From positions 33,765 through 97,764 of the forward strand of contig CAITZM010000134.1 of NCBI GenBank assembly GCA_903896925.1: DNA of 64,000 bases, read 5' to 3'. Both the position numbers and the translations under genes were made by a program. This document shows, piece by piece, positions 38,738 to 48,031 of this stretch (positions are counted from its first letter, which is position 1; each line of letters starts with the position of its first letter). The notes under the pieces are model-generated. The model had not been told where the DNA came from, did not search any database, and saw only the letters and a list, made by a program, of their open reading frames with translations. The stretch comes from an uncultured Lentisphaerota bacterium (GTDB lineage Bacteria > Verrucomicrobiota > Kiritimatiellia > CAIQIC01).

Positions 38738-40192
38738 ATGGAAACGCTGACCCATCACATGTTCGTCGTGGCCTTCTTTGTGTTTCTGGGCTACTACGTT
38801 GTTTTGGCTGTGTATTACCTCATCCTGGGCCTGGTCGGCTTCGCGGTGGGGCACCAGCGCGGCCGGGAGGATGCCGGTGAGGACTATCGCTTGCTGGCCG
38901 CCTCCAGTTTCACGCTGCCCGTGAGCGTCATCCTGCCGGCGCACAACGAGGAGGCGTGGATCGCCGACTCGCTGCAGAGCCTGCTGAACCTCAACTATCC
39001 CGAATATGAACTGGTGATCGTGGACGACGGTTCCACGGACCGGACCCTGGAGATCTTGAAGGAGCGGCTGGAACTGGTGGCGGTCCACAATCCCTATACC
39101 GACCTGTTCCAGTCCGGCCGGATTCACGGGCTGTTCAAGTCGGTGCGGCACCCGCACGTCACCGTGCTGAGCAAGGCGACGGGGCAGAAAAAGGCCGGCG
39201 CCGTCAATGCCGGGCTGAACCTCGCGCGCTACAAGTATGTCTGCGTCATGGATGCGGACACGGTCCTGGAGCCCGATGCGCTGATGCGCGTCATGGCGCA
39301 GGTCGAGAAGGATCCCGAGCGGATCATCGGCGTGGGCAGCTACTTCGGCCTGGTGAACGGGTTCGAGGTCGAGAACGGACGCGTTGTCGGGAAGAACTTC
39401 CTGCGGTCGCCGCTGGTGGCCTATCAGGACCTGGAGTATCTGCGCAGCTTCATCGGCAACCGCCTCTCGTGGAGCCGGTGGAATGCGATGCCCAACATCG
39501 CGGGCGGCTTCGGCGTCTGGCGCCGGGATGTGCTGCTGGAGATGGGCGGCTTCAGCGCTGAGGTCAGCTGCGAGGATATCGAACTGACCTTCCGTGCCCA
39601 CGAGTACATCGCCCTGCACCGGGAAGCCGGTTACAAGATTGTGATGCTGCCCTATGTGGTGGGCTGGACCGAAGGCCCGCACACCGTCCGCAACCTGATC
39701 GGCCAGCGGAACCGGTGGCATCGCGCCACCATCGAGACGACGTGGAGATTCCGGCACATGCTGTGCAATCCCCGGTACGGGACGTTCGGCTTCGTCACGG
39801 TGCCCTACTTCTTCCTCTACGAGGTCCTCGGTGTCTTCTTTGAGCTCGGCAGCATCGCCGTGACAATCCTCGGTTTCCTCACCGGCGTGTTCGACCTGAA
39901 ACTGCTGGTCGGTTTCCTGGTGTTTATGACCCTGTTCCAGGCGTTCACCTCGCTGCTGCCGCTGGTGGCTTTCCACCGCGAGCAGAAGCTGTTCCGGCCG
40001 GTGGAATTCTGTTACCTGACGTTCCTGAGCCTGGTCGAGTTCGCCGCCTACCGCTGGATCATCGTGTTCTCGCGGATCACAGGCACGCTGGACTTCTTCC
40101 GCGGCGTCCGCACCTACGCAGGCGTCCCCCGCGAGCGTAAGAATGCCACCGGGACACCCGCACCCGCGGCCCTGCAACCGGCCAAGGCCTGA
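38738..40192 (+). CDS. Processive GT2 glycosyltransferase (PgaC/IcaA/YaiP-like)
   Basis: PAHNEE, VDDGSTD, KAGAVNAG, DADT, CEDIE, QRNRW; N- and C-terminal TM helices. Confidence 0.92.
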   Translation: METLTHHMFVVAFFVFLGYYVVLAVYYLILGLVGFAVGHQRGREDAGEDYRLLAASSFTLPVSVILPAHNEEAWIADSLQSLLNLNYPEYELVIVDDGSTDRTLEILKERLELVAVHNPYTDLFQSGRIHGLFKSVRHPHVTVLSKATGQKKAGAVNAGLNLARYKYVCVMDADTVLEPDALMRVMAQVEKDPERIIGVGSYFGLVNGFEVENGRVVGKNFLRSPLVAYQDLEYLRSFIGNRLSWSRWNAMPNIAGGFGVWRRDVLLEMGGFSAEVSCEDIELTFRAHEYIALHREAGYKIVMLPYVVGWTEGPHTVRNLIGQRNRWHRATIETTWRFRHMLCNPRYGTFGFVTVPYFFLYEVLGVFFELGSIAVTILGFLTGVFDLKLLVGFLVFMTLFQAFTSLLPLVAFHREQKLFRPVEFCYLTFLSLVEFAAYRWIIVFSRITGTLDFFRGVRTYAGVPRERKNATGTPAPAALQPAKA

Positions 40193-40212
40193 ACCTGAAT
40201 GGGTGACGCACC

Positions 40213-41106
40213 ATGACCTCCACCGAAATCCTGGCGACGCAACGGCTCTACGACGAGAGCGAAGTCGGGCGGCTGGAGCAGATCCTGTCCGGCCGCGCGC
40301 CTGCGCTGGACCAGGTCTCGGCCTATGCCGGGGACCGGCCCCTGACGGACGAGGAGCGGGCCTTCTTCGATGCCCTGCAACAGAAGCGGGGGGCGCAGTT
40401 TTACTGCGACCTGCTCTATGCGGTCACCCACCAGGTGTTTGCACCCGCCACGGCAGTCGACCTGTGGAGCGCGATCCTGCGCCATAAATACGAGCTGTCG
40501 GATCTGCTCAAGCGGAACATCCGCATCACCGTCGCGGCCCTCGACTATCTCGGCAACCTCAAGGGCGAATTGCCCTCGGCCACCGTGATTGCCGAGGCGC
40601 GCATGACCGACATCGTGCGCCTGACGCAGCGCGACGGCCTCACGGGGCTGTTCAACCATGCCAGCTTTTTCCTGAAGCTCGACGGGGAACTGCGCTGCTA
40701 TGAAAAATGCCAGCGGCTCGTCACGCTCATGATGATCGACGTCGATAACTTCAAGGGCGTCAACGACCGCTTTGGACATCGCGCCGGCGACCGGGTGCTG
40801 GTGGAACTGGGCGCGAGCATCGAGGGCGTCGTGCGGGCCACCGATATCTGCTGCCGATACGGCGGGGAAGAATTCGCCGTCATCCTGCCCGCCACCGGCG
40901 CTGTGGAGGGCGGGCTGCTGGCCGACCGCCTGCAAGCGCAACTGGCGTGCGATCAGCCGGGAGGATATGACGTAACCGTCAGCATCGGTGTGGCCGTGTG
41001 CGGCGAACAGGCCCGCACCTCCCGCGCGCTTGTGGAAAAAGCCGATGCCGTCCTTTACGAGGCCAAGCGGCTGGGCAAGCATCGCACCGTGGTCAATCCC
41101 CGCTGA
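40213..41106 (+). CDS. Diguanylate cyclase with uncharacterised helical N-terminal domain
   Basis: DGLTGLFN, DVDNFKGVNDRFGH..GD, RATD I-site, RYGGEEF. Confidence 0.93.
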   Translation: MTSTEILATQRLYDESEVGRLEQILSGRAPALDQVSAYAGDRPLTDEERAFFDALQQKRGAQFYCDLLYAVTHQVFAPATAVDLWSAILRHKYELSDLLKRNIRITVAALDYLGNLKGELPSATVIAEARMTDIVRLTQRDGLTGLFNHASFFLKLDGELRCYEKCQRLVTLMMIDVDNFKGVNDRFGHRAGDRVLVELGASIEGVVRATDICCRYGGEEFAVILPATGAVEGGLLADRLQAQLACDQPGGYDVTVSIGVAVCGEQARTSRALVEKADAVLYEAKRLGKHRTVVNPR

Positions 41107-41374
41107 GACCGCACGACCGGCTCAGCGGCAGGCGGGCCGTCTGCCGCCACAAGGCAAGATCATTTCACCTTCGAATAGCACGGGGCCCACCTTCCTGCCC
41201 CCGCGGGGAGCAGGGAGGTGCTTCGCACGATCCCAGCGCACCCCGTGCCAGGAACACCTACGCCCAACAACCTGCCCGAACCCCAAAGCGGTGCACTTGG
41301 TCCTTGCGCCTGCGGCATAGGAAAATCGCATCCAGCCGCACTGGGTTAGCGCCCGCTTCGCTGACCGCACCGGG

Positions 41375-41403
41375 CCCGCCCGCCCAGGGAACGGGCGGGT
41401 TTT
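41375..41403 (+). terminator. Putative intrinsic terminator
   Basis: cccgccc...gggcggg followed by tttt. Confidence 0.4.
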
Positions 41404-41565
41404 GTCATGCTTGCTCCAAGTCAATAAAAGATAGAGGAAAACTCTTTTTGTATTATCCCGGGAGCGGGCTAGTTTCGTCCGCTTCTCGTGATCAGCGACA
41501 AGTAGCGTCTGAGCCTGCCGGGCTTGCATGTTTCGGGTGCGCACAAACCGGCCAAGGAACAGACC

Positions 41566-43464
41566 ATGAAGACAAGCGGAAACCGAGGGTTGCTGGGGTT
41601 GATCATGGCGGCGCTGCTTGGAGGTCATGCTGAAGTTCAGGCAGCCTACACCAATCTGCACGCATTTGCCGGCGGCGCGGGCGATGGCGCGGCAGCCGTC
41701 GGCGCGCTAACGCTGTCCGGCACGACGCTGTATGGCCTGACGTTCGGCGGTGGCGCCAGCAACGAAGGCGTGGTGTTCCAGATGCAGGCTGATGGCACGG
41801 GTTATACCAACCTGCACGCGTTCGCCGGCGGTGCGGGCGATGGTGCGGGCTCCTACGGTTCGCTGACGCTGTCCGGCACGACGCTGTATGGCCTGACGTT
41901 CGGCGGCGGCGCCAGCAACAAAGGCGTGGTGTTCCAGCTGCAGGCCGATGGTACGGGCTATTCCAACCTGCATGCGTTCGCCGGCGGCGCGGGCGATGGC
42001 GCGGCAGCCGTCGGCGCGCTAACGCTGTCCGGCACGACGCTGTATGGCCTGACCTCCGCCGGCGGCGTCAGCAACAAAGGCGTAGTATTCCAGCTGCAGG
42101 CTGATGGTACGGGCTATACCAATCTGCACGCGTTCGCGGACGGCGCAGGCGATGGCGCGGTATCCGTCTGCGCGCTGACGCTGTCCGGCACGGAGCTTTA
42201 TGGCATGACGTTTGGTGGCGGTGCCAGCAGCAAAGGCGTGGTGTTCCGGCTTCAGGCTGGTGGTACGGGCTATACCAACCTGCACGCGTTCGCCGGTGGC
42301 GCGGGCGATGGCGCACACCCCTATATTGGCACGGCGCTGACGCTGTCCGGCACGACGTTGTATGGCCTGACGTTCATGGGCGGCGCCAATAACAAAGGCG
42401 TGGTGTTCCAGCTGCAGGCTGATGGCACGGGCTATACCAACCTGCATGAGTTCGCCGGTGGCGTGGGCGATGGCGCGTTACCCTCCGGCACACTGACCTT
42501 GTCCGGCACGACACTGTATGGCATGACGTCCGCCGGCGGCGCCAGCAACGGCGGCGTGGTGTTCCAGCTGCAGGTTGATGGTTCGGGATATACCAATCTG
42601 CATGAGTTCGCCGGCGGCGCGGGCAATGGTGCAGCACCCTTCGGCGCGCTGACGCTGTCCGGCACGACGCTGTATGGCATGACGTCCGCCGGCGGCGCCA
42701 GCAACAAAGGCGTGGTGTTCGCGTTGACGGTCCCCACTACGGCGAACTTCACGCTGCGGCCTGCGCAGCTCTTTTTCCAGCATGCCGACGGCCGGTTGGC
42801 GAGCTGGCTGCTGGCCACAAACGGGACCTACCAATCCGGACGCCCCTTGGGTTCGGCGGGCAATTGGCAGTTGATGACGGCCGGCGATGTGGATGGCGAT
42901 GGCCTCAGCGACCTGCTCTTCCAGAATCCCGCTGGCGACCTCGCCTGCTGGCTGCTCGACACCAACGGTGCTGTCCGCCATGTCATCAACTGGGGCCAGG
43001 TCGGTGCCTGGAGACTGCGTGCGGCGGCCGACTATGCTGGCGAAGGTCACGCCCAGCTCTTCTTCCAGAATCCCGCGGGCGACCTCGCCTTCTGGCGCAT
43101 CAGCACCAATGGTATTTTTCAAAGCTCGGAACTCCTGGCGCACGCCGGCGGCTGGCAGCTCCGCGCGGCCATGCCACACGCCCGCGGTGTCGGGGCCGAT
43201 CTCTGCTGGCAGACCGCCGAGGGGCAGGTCGCCATCTGGCGGCAGGCATACGGCGGCGCCATCACCGTGCAGTTCCTCGGCGGCACCGGGGGCTGGGTTC
43301 TGAGCGGCGCGGTCGATGTGGATGGCGATGGTGAGGGCGACCTGCTCTGGCAGAACGGCGACGGCAGGATCGGGGGCTGGCTCCTAGCTAGCAACGGTAT
43401 CCCACGCGCCGCCAGTTCCTGGGGCGACGCAGGAGTCTGGAAGCTCAAAGCCGCCGGCCGCTGA
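41566..43464 (+). CDS. Secreted Gloeo/Verruco (GloVer)-type tandem-repeat protein with C-terminal FG-GAP-like domain
   Basis: Signal peptide; 7x YTNLHxFAGG.GDG....LTLSGTTLYG.T.GG...GVVF; GDVDGDG..DLLxQN repeats; AAGGA RBS. Confidence 0.88.
   Translation: MKTSGNRGLLGLIMAALLGGHAEVQAAYTNLHAFAGGAGDGAAAVGALTLSGTTLYGLTFGGGASNEGVVFQMQADGTGYTNLHAFAGGAGDGAGSYGSLTLSGTTLYGLTFGGGASNKGVVFQLQADGTGYSNLHAFAGGAGDGAAAVGALTLSGTTLYGLTSAGGVSNKGVVFQLQADGTGYTNLHAFADGAGDGAVSVCALTLSGTELYGMTFGGGASSKGVVFRLQAGGTGYTNLHAFAGGAGDGAHPYIGTALTLSGTTLYGLTFMGGANNKGVVFQLQADGTGYTNLHEFAGGVGDGALPSGTLTLSGTTLYGMTSAGGASNGGVVFQLQVDGSGYTNLHEFAGGAGNGAAPFGALTLSGTTLYGMTSAGGASNKGVVFALTVPTTANFTLRPAQLFFQHADGRLASWLLATNGTYQSGRPLGSAGNWQLMTAGDVDGDGLSDLLFQNPAGDLACWLLDTNGAVRHVINWGQVGAWRLRAAADYAGEGHAQLFFQNPAGDLAFWRISTNGIFQSSELLAHAGGWQLRAAMPHARGVGADLCWQTAEGQVAIWRQAYGGAITVQFLGGTGGWVLSGAVDVDGDGEGDLLWQNGDGRIGGWLLASNGIPRAASSWGDAGVWKLKAAGR
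41647..42720 (+). repeat. Seven coding tandem repeats of 156 bp (one unit 162 bp)
   Basis: Units start 41647, 41803, 41959, 42115, 42271, 42433, 42589. Confidence 0.9.
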
Positions 43465-43584
43465 GCCCTGCTTGGTCCAAGCCTTGTATGTGAAAAGTAG
43501 AGGGTGGGGCCTTCTGGTGCTGAAACGAGCCCCCGGGGCATCGCTTCCAAAACACGTCAGCCCCGTTTGCCTGGCTTGCGCATC

Positions 43585-43757
43585 GGGAGCGGCGGCACTC
43601 CCGGCTTCGTCCAGACACTTCGCCGGGGCAAGCCTGCCGCCGAAAAAAGCCACCGCACCGCACGTGCCTTCCCAGCGGGGAAAACCTGCCCGTGCCACAA
43701 CACGAGCCCGTCTGATGTCCATCGCTTCCTTTGCGGCGGCAGGAGTGCCGCCGCCCC
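43585..43757. repeat. REP-like inverted pair
   Basis: gggagcggcggcactcc (43585) and gcggcggcaggagtgccgccgcccc (43733). Confidence 0.55.
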
Positions 43758-43879
43758 GAGTTAGCCGGAACATGCTGGTTGGTGCATCACAGGCCTGTCT
43801 GCATACTTGGGGGCAAACTCGTCCGAGCTGTTGACGAGAACCATCGGGCATCAACCCTTCACCATCACCCATCAGCCGT

Positions 43880-45298
43880 TCATTTCTGAGGCGGCGCGGC
43901 GAGGCTGTCGAGGTAGACGTTCAGCGCGGTGATCTCGGCGGGGGTGCCGACGAGCGGGGGCATGAAGGCGTGGTAGGGCGAGTCATCCTTGTAGTCGTGC
44001 AGCATCGTGAGGATGTTCCCGACGCCCTTGTGGTCGCGGCCCGCCAAGAAGCCGCGCATGGCGCGGTAGCCGTCCACCGTGTGGCACGCGAGGCACTGGC
44101 CGCGGAACATGAGCTGGCCGCGGACGAACGACTGTGCCTGGTAGTCCGGCGCGTTGGTGGCGGCGGCCCCCTGCGCATCCAGCGCGGCCCAGGCCTGCCG
44201 GTCGGAGGCCTTGACCCACGGCGACTGGGCGAGGTAGCCCTGCGCGTTGTAGCCGGCGACCTGCGTGAGGCGCACGCCGTTGGAGAACATGTGGCGGGCG
44301 ATGACGAACGGCTTGCGCAGCATCTCGCGCGTCATCTCCGTGGAGGCGATCGCGGCCTGCATGAGCAGGATGATGACAATGGCGGAGCCGAGCTTGAAGT
44401 CGCGCGGGTTGCGGTAGGCGAGCAGGTAGACGATTGCGAGCAGCGTGGCGAAGGAGAGGACGAACATCAGCCCCATGCGCGTGACGACCGTGAAGGCACC
44501 CGGGCCGATGGTGGAGAAGCCGAGTTCGAGGATGTGACGCTGCACGGCGGGCACCTGCCAGACGTACCACGCGCCGGCGAACGGCAGCAGCACGAAGAGC
44601 GGAATCAGCCAGCGGACGCTCCAGCGGATGATGTCGGCCTTGAGCTCGGGCTGCTTGTCGCCATCGATGCGGCTGGCGGTCAGGAGCGCGAAACAGCCGG
44701 CGATACAGAGGCAGAACAGCGTACGGATGAGCAGGCCGGGCCAGTAGGTGGGGTTGAAGAAGGCGTTCCAGAAGACGTGCGTCTCGTGCCCGCTGCCGGC
44801 GACGCCGACCCAGGTGTCGCCGGGCGTCAGCATGAAGCAGAGGATGCCGTTGATGATAACGAGCGTGAGCCATGAGGCGATGGCGTAGGCCCAGCCGATC
44901 TTGATGTGGAGCGAGTCGGGGATGCGGTCCCACGTGTAGTAATAGACGGCGATGGTGGTCAACTCGACGAGGAATACGACCCATTCCATCGCCCAGCCGA
45001 AGACGAAGTAGTGAATCAGCGTGCTGGTGGCTTCCGGGTTGGCCAGGCCGATCGAGAACCAGATGCCAACGCCGGTGATCGTGCCGAAGACGGCGGTGAA
45101 GACGAGGAAGAACTTGGAGTGTTTCTTGACCACCGCGCGCCAGGCGAGGTCGCCGCGGCGGCGCGCGAGCATCTCGGCCATGGGTAGGTAGAAGCCGCCG
45201 CCCACGGCAAAGTGCGAGACCAGCACGTGGAAGATCGCGATGATCGCGATCACGAGCTGGCTGCCGATGAACGGCACTTCCCAGACGGGGTAGTTCAT
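43880..45298 (-). CDS. Cytochrome bd subunit I (CydA)-like protein fused to a C-terminal monoheme cytochrome c
   Basis: FHVLVSHFAVGG, TITGVGIWF, GWAMEWVVFLVE, FFNPTY, REMLRKPF; CLACH and distal MPP. Confidence 0.8.
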   Translation of the reverse strand: MNYPVWEVPFIGSQLVIAIIAIFHVLVSHFAVGGGFYLPMAEMLARRRGDLAWRAVVKKHSKFFLVFTAVFGTITGVGIWFSIGLANPEATSTLIHYFVFGWAMEWVVFLVELTTIAVYYYTWDRIPDSLHIKIGWAYAIASWLTLVIINGILCFMLTPGDTWVGVAGSGHETHVFWNAFFNPTYWPGLLIRTLFCLCIAGCFALLTASRIDGDKQPELKADIIRWSVRWLIPLFVLLPFAGAWYVWQVPAVQRHILELGFSTIGPGAFTVVTRMGLMFVLSFATLLAIVYLLAYRNPRDFKLGSAIVIILLMQAAIASTEMTREMLRKPFVIARHMFSNGVRLTQVAGYNAQGYLAQSPWVKASDRQAWAALDAQGAAATNAPDYQAQSFVRGQLMFRGQCLACHTVDGYRAMRGFLAGRDHKGVGNILTMLHDYKDDSPYHAFMPPLVGTPAEITALNVYLDSLAAPPQK

Positions 45299-45301
45299 AA
45301 A

Positions 45302-46393
45302 TCACTTCAGATCGAAATAACCGTAGACCGTCAGCGCGAGCATGCTCAGCAGGACGAACAGCCCGAAGTAGGTGGCGCGCCGCGCGCGCCGGCCGCCGGC
45401 GGTCTCCGTGTCATACAGGGGAATCAAGGCCCAGAGCACCATGCCCGCGGTGAACAGGCCGATGCCGGCGACTTCGCCGGCGACGCCCGGCACGAAGCGG
45501 CCGATCACCTTGAGCAGCTCGAACTGGTTCATGAAATACCATTCGGGATGGATGCCGATCGGCGCGGGCTTGAGCAGGTCGGCCTGCGGGCCGAGCTGCC
45601 AGGGGAAGAAGGCGGCCAGCAGCGCCAGCACGTTGACGACGATCAGCCACACGGCGAGGTCCTTGAGCGCGAAGTTCGGGAAGAAGGGGATGGACTTGCG
45701 TTGCGCTTCCGGCTTGAGCCGCTCGGAGGGCGGCACGGCGTTGCCGTGTTTCTGGACGAGGAACAGGTGGAAGGCCAGCAGGGGGATGAACAGCAGCGGC
45801 AGCACGACCACATGGAGGGCGAAGAAACGCTGCACCGTGAAGTCGTTCACCTCCGGCCCGGCGCGCACGAGGGCGGCAATCACCGGCTCCGCGCCGGGCA
45901 TGACGCCGGGGATCGAGAGGCCGACCTTCGTGGCGAAGAAGGAGAGCTCGTCCATCGGCAGCAGGTAGCCGCTGAAGCCGAAGACCATGCACACGCCCAG
46001 CAGTGCCAGGCCCGTCCACCAGCCGAACTCGCGCGGCTTCTGGTAGGCCTTCATGAAGAACACGGAAAACATGTGGATGAACACCGCGGCGACCATCAGG
46101 TTGGCCGCCCAGGCGTGGAGCGAGCGGATGAGCCAGCCGAAGTGGATCTCGTAGGTGATCTCGCGCACCGAGGCGTAGGAGTCCGGGCCAGGCCGGTAGT
46201 AGATCATCAGCAGGATGCCGGTGACGACCTGGACGAGGAAGAGGCACAGCGAGATGCCGCCCCAGTAGTACCAGAAGGTGTGCTTGTGGACCGGCACGGT
46301 CTTGGCGCGCGCATGTTCCAGCATCGGCTCGAGGTCGAGCCGCTCGTTGACCCAGCCGTAGATGGCAGCCCCGATTTTTTTCAGGTCAGGCAC
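45302..46393 (-). CDS. Cytochrome b subunit of a Rieske/cytb complex (unsplit)
   Basis: YWGGI, RSLHAW...FIHM, FSGYLLP, RFFALHV...AFH, HPEWY; GTG start. Confidence 0.92.
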   Translation of the reverse strand: MPDLKKIGAAIYGWVNERLDLEPMLEHARAKTVPVHKHTFWYYWGGISLCLFLVQVVTGILLMIYYRPGPDSYASVREITYEIHFGWLIRSLHAWAANLMVAAVFIHMFSVFFMKAYQKPREFGWWTGLALLGVCMVFGFSGYLLPMDELSFFATKVGLSIPGVMPGAEPVIAALVRAGPEVNDFTVQRFFALHVVVLPLLFIPLLAFHLFLVQKHGNAVPPSERLKPEAQRKSIPFFPNFALKDLAVWLIVVNVLALLAAFFPWQLGPQADLLKPAPIGIHPEWYFMNQFELLKVIGRFVPGVAGEVAGIGLFTAGMVLWALIPLYDTETAGGRRARRATYFGLFVLLSMLALTVYGYFDLK

Positions 46394-46874
46394 GGGAGAT
46401 CACCACCTTTCCCGGCAGAATCTGGGCTTTGAAGACCAGCAGCGGCTTCGGCGGCGGCCCGGAAATGTTGGCGCCGGTCTTGGGGTTGTACATGCCGCCG
46501 TGGCAGGCGCAATAGATCGCCTTGCGATCCTTGTCGAACTGTACGGTGCAGCCCAGGTGCGTGCAGACCGCGGTGAGCGCGGTCCACGTGTCGTCAGCAT
46601 GGTGCAACAGCAGCGCCGGCCGGCCGGCAAACTTGAACATCAGGGCCGACTCGCGCGGCAGTTTGTCGGCGTCGGCGAGCGTGACTTCCTTGACCGCCGC
46701 GAGCGCGGCCGCACGCTCCGCGGGCGTGGCGAGGTAGCGGAAGAGCGGATAGCCCAGCGCCGCGGCGTAGGCCGCGCCGGCCGCGGCCATGCCGGCCTTG
46801 ACGAACTTGCGCCGAGAGAGGGGCGGGACGGCTTCGTCCGGAGGACGGGGCGTGTTGAGGTCAGCCTTGCTCAT
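46386..46874 (-). CDS. Rieske 2Fe-2S subunit with Tat signal
   Basis: SRRKFVK; CTHLGC...CACHGG. Confidence 0.95.
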   Translation of the reverse strand: MSKADLNTPRPPDEAVPPLSRRKFVKAGMAAAGAAYAAALGYPLFRYLATPAERAAALAAVKEVTLADADKLPRESALMFKFAGRPALLLHHADDTWTALTAVCTHLGCTVQFDKDRKAIYCACHGGMYNPKTGANISGPPPKPLLVFKAQILPGKVVISRA

Positions 46875-47988
46875 GCGTCACCTCCGTCACCGGTTTCGCG
46901 CGCGCCATGACGGCGACGAGCCATCCGATCACCGCCAGCCCGATCACCAGCAGCACGCCAAAGATGATCAAGACCTGCAGGTTGATTTCGAGCGGCTGAT
47001 TCCACAAGTTGAAGCCCTTGCCGGTCAGGGTCATGTCGCGGATGCCGTCACGGAAGATGACGGCGGCCGCATCGGCGAGGATGGCCACCAGCGCCACACC
47101 CACGGCGAGCGCGACCGGCAACCGGCTCTTGCGCGCCAGCGCCAGCAGGCCGAAGACGCCGAGCAGCGCCGCGCACACGAGCCACGCGAGGCCGATCGCC
47201 GGATAGAGGGCGTGTTGCGCCACCTGGTGCACCACTGCGGCGGGCTGCGTGTGCCAGACCCAGAAACCGGTGGCGATCCACAGCGGCGCGCCGACCAGCG
47301 CGAGCAGTCCGCCGCGCGCCGCAAAGAAGTCGCGCAGTTGCACGCTGAAGATCCGCCGCTGGCTGAGCACCACCAGCGCCGAGCCCGCCACCGTCAGGGC
47401 GGCGCACACCATGAAGGTCCAGCGCGGCAGCAGCGTCGGGTCGTGCGGCGGCGCCAACGTGCCGTGCGCGTTGGCGCGGTACATGTCCTGCCAGACCTCC
47501 GGACGGAGCATCAGCGTCATGGTGGTCGAATAGATCTTGGCGATACCGAGCACAATCAGCAGCGAGGCCAGCGCCAGAAACCACCAGGTGCGTCCGTTGG
47601 CCAGGCGCCGGGTGGCCGCGTAGAGCATGTAGTACATCGCGATCAGCAGGAAGATGACGCTGATCCAGTAGGCGCCGATCAGGATCGTGCTCGTGTAGAG
47701 CGCCACGCCGTAGAGCACCTGGGTGAACAGCAGCGGTGGCACGCCGAGGTTGACCACATAGGTGACGACCACCGGCAGGTAGCCGGCCAACTCGCCCGAC
47801 GCCGCGCGGCAGTTTTCGTCGCGCCGCAGGCGGCCGAGCAGGCTCCAGACGAACGCCACCAGCAGCCCGCCGAGCAGCAGCTGGACGGCGACAAAGTGCA
47901 GCGAGAGGAGGAGCAGATGCAGTGACTTGAGCAGCCAGACGGGGGCCGGCAAGGGTATCGGATCCAGCAATGGAAATAGATCAGCCAT
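46861..47988 (-). CDS. Polytopic membrane protein, probable partner subunit of the CydA-like protein
   Basis: About 9 TM helices; His in TM1 (SLHFV); NLGVPPLLFTQVLYG; first gene of the operon. Confidence 0.7.
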   Translation of the reverse strand: MADLFPLLDPIPLPAPVWLLKSLHLLLLSLHFVAVQLLLGGLLVAFVWSLLGRLRRDENCRAASGELAGYLPVVVTYVVNLGVPPLLFTQVLYGVALYTSTILIGAYWISVIFLLIAMYYMLYAATRRLANGRTWWFLALASLLIVLGIAKIYSTTMTLMLRPEVWQDMYRANAHGTLAPPHDPTLLPRWTFMVCAALTVAGSALVVLSQRRIFSVQLRDFFAARGGLLALVGAPLWIATGFWVWHTQPAAVVHQVAQHALYPAIGLAWLVCAALLGVFGLLALARKSRLPVALAVGVALVAILADAAAVIFRDGIRDMTLTGKGFNLWNQPLEINLQVLIIFGVLLVIGLAVIGWLVAVMARAKPVTEVTHEQG

Positions 47989-48002
47989 AAAAACGGTGCG
48001 CG

Positions 48003-48031
48003 AAACTAGGGTACAGTCAGCGCGTTGTCAA
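48003..48031 (-). promoter_or_regulatory. Sigma70-type promoter of the Rieske/cytb/bd-like operon
   Basis: TTGACA-17 nt-TAGTTT on the minus strand, 14 nt upstream of ATG 47988. Confidence 0.6.

Noticed and set aside
41340-41565. Riboswitch (e.g. c-di-GMP) upstream of the GloVer-repeat gene
   Set aside because: Hairpins are present but no recognisable aptamer consensus; an Rfam search would be needed
41647-42720. 156-bp repeats as a CRISPR or DGR template/variable pair
   Set aside because: In-frame coding repeats; differences are not adenine-specific; no reverse transcriptase in the window
46240-46265. Heme ci-binding Cys of b6-type cytochromes (GGISLCLFLVQ)
   Set aside because: The Cys is one position earlier than in b6 (GGITLTCFLVQ), so covalent heme is not supported
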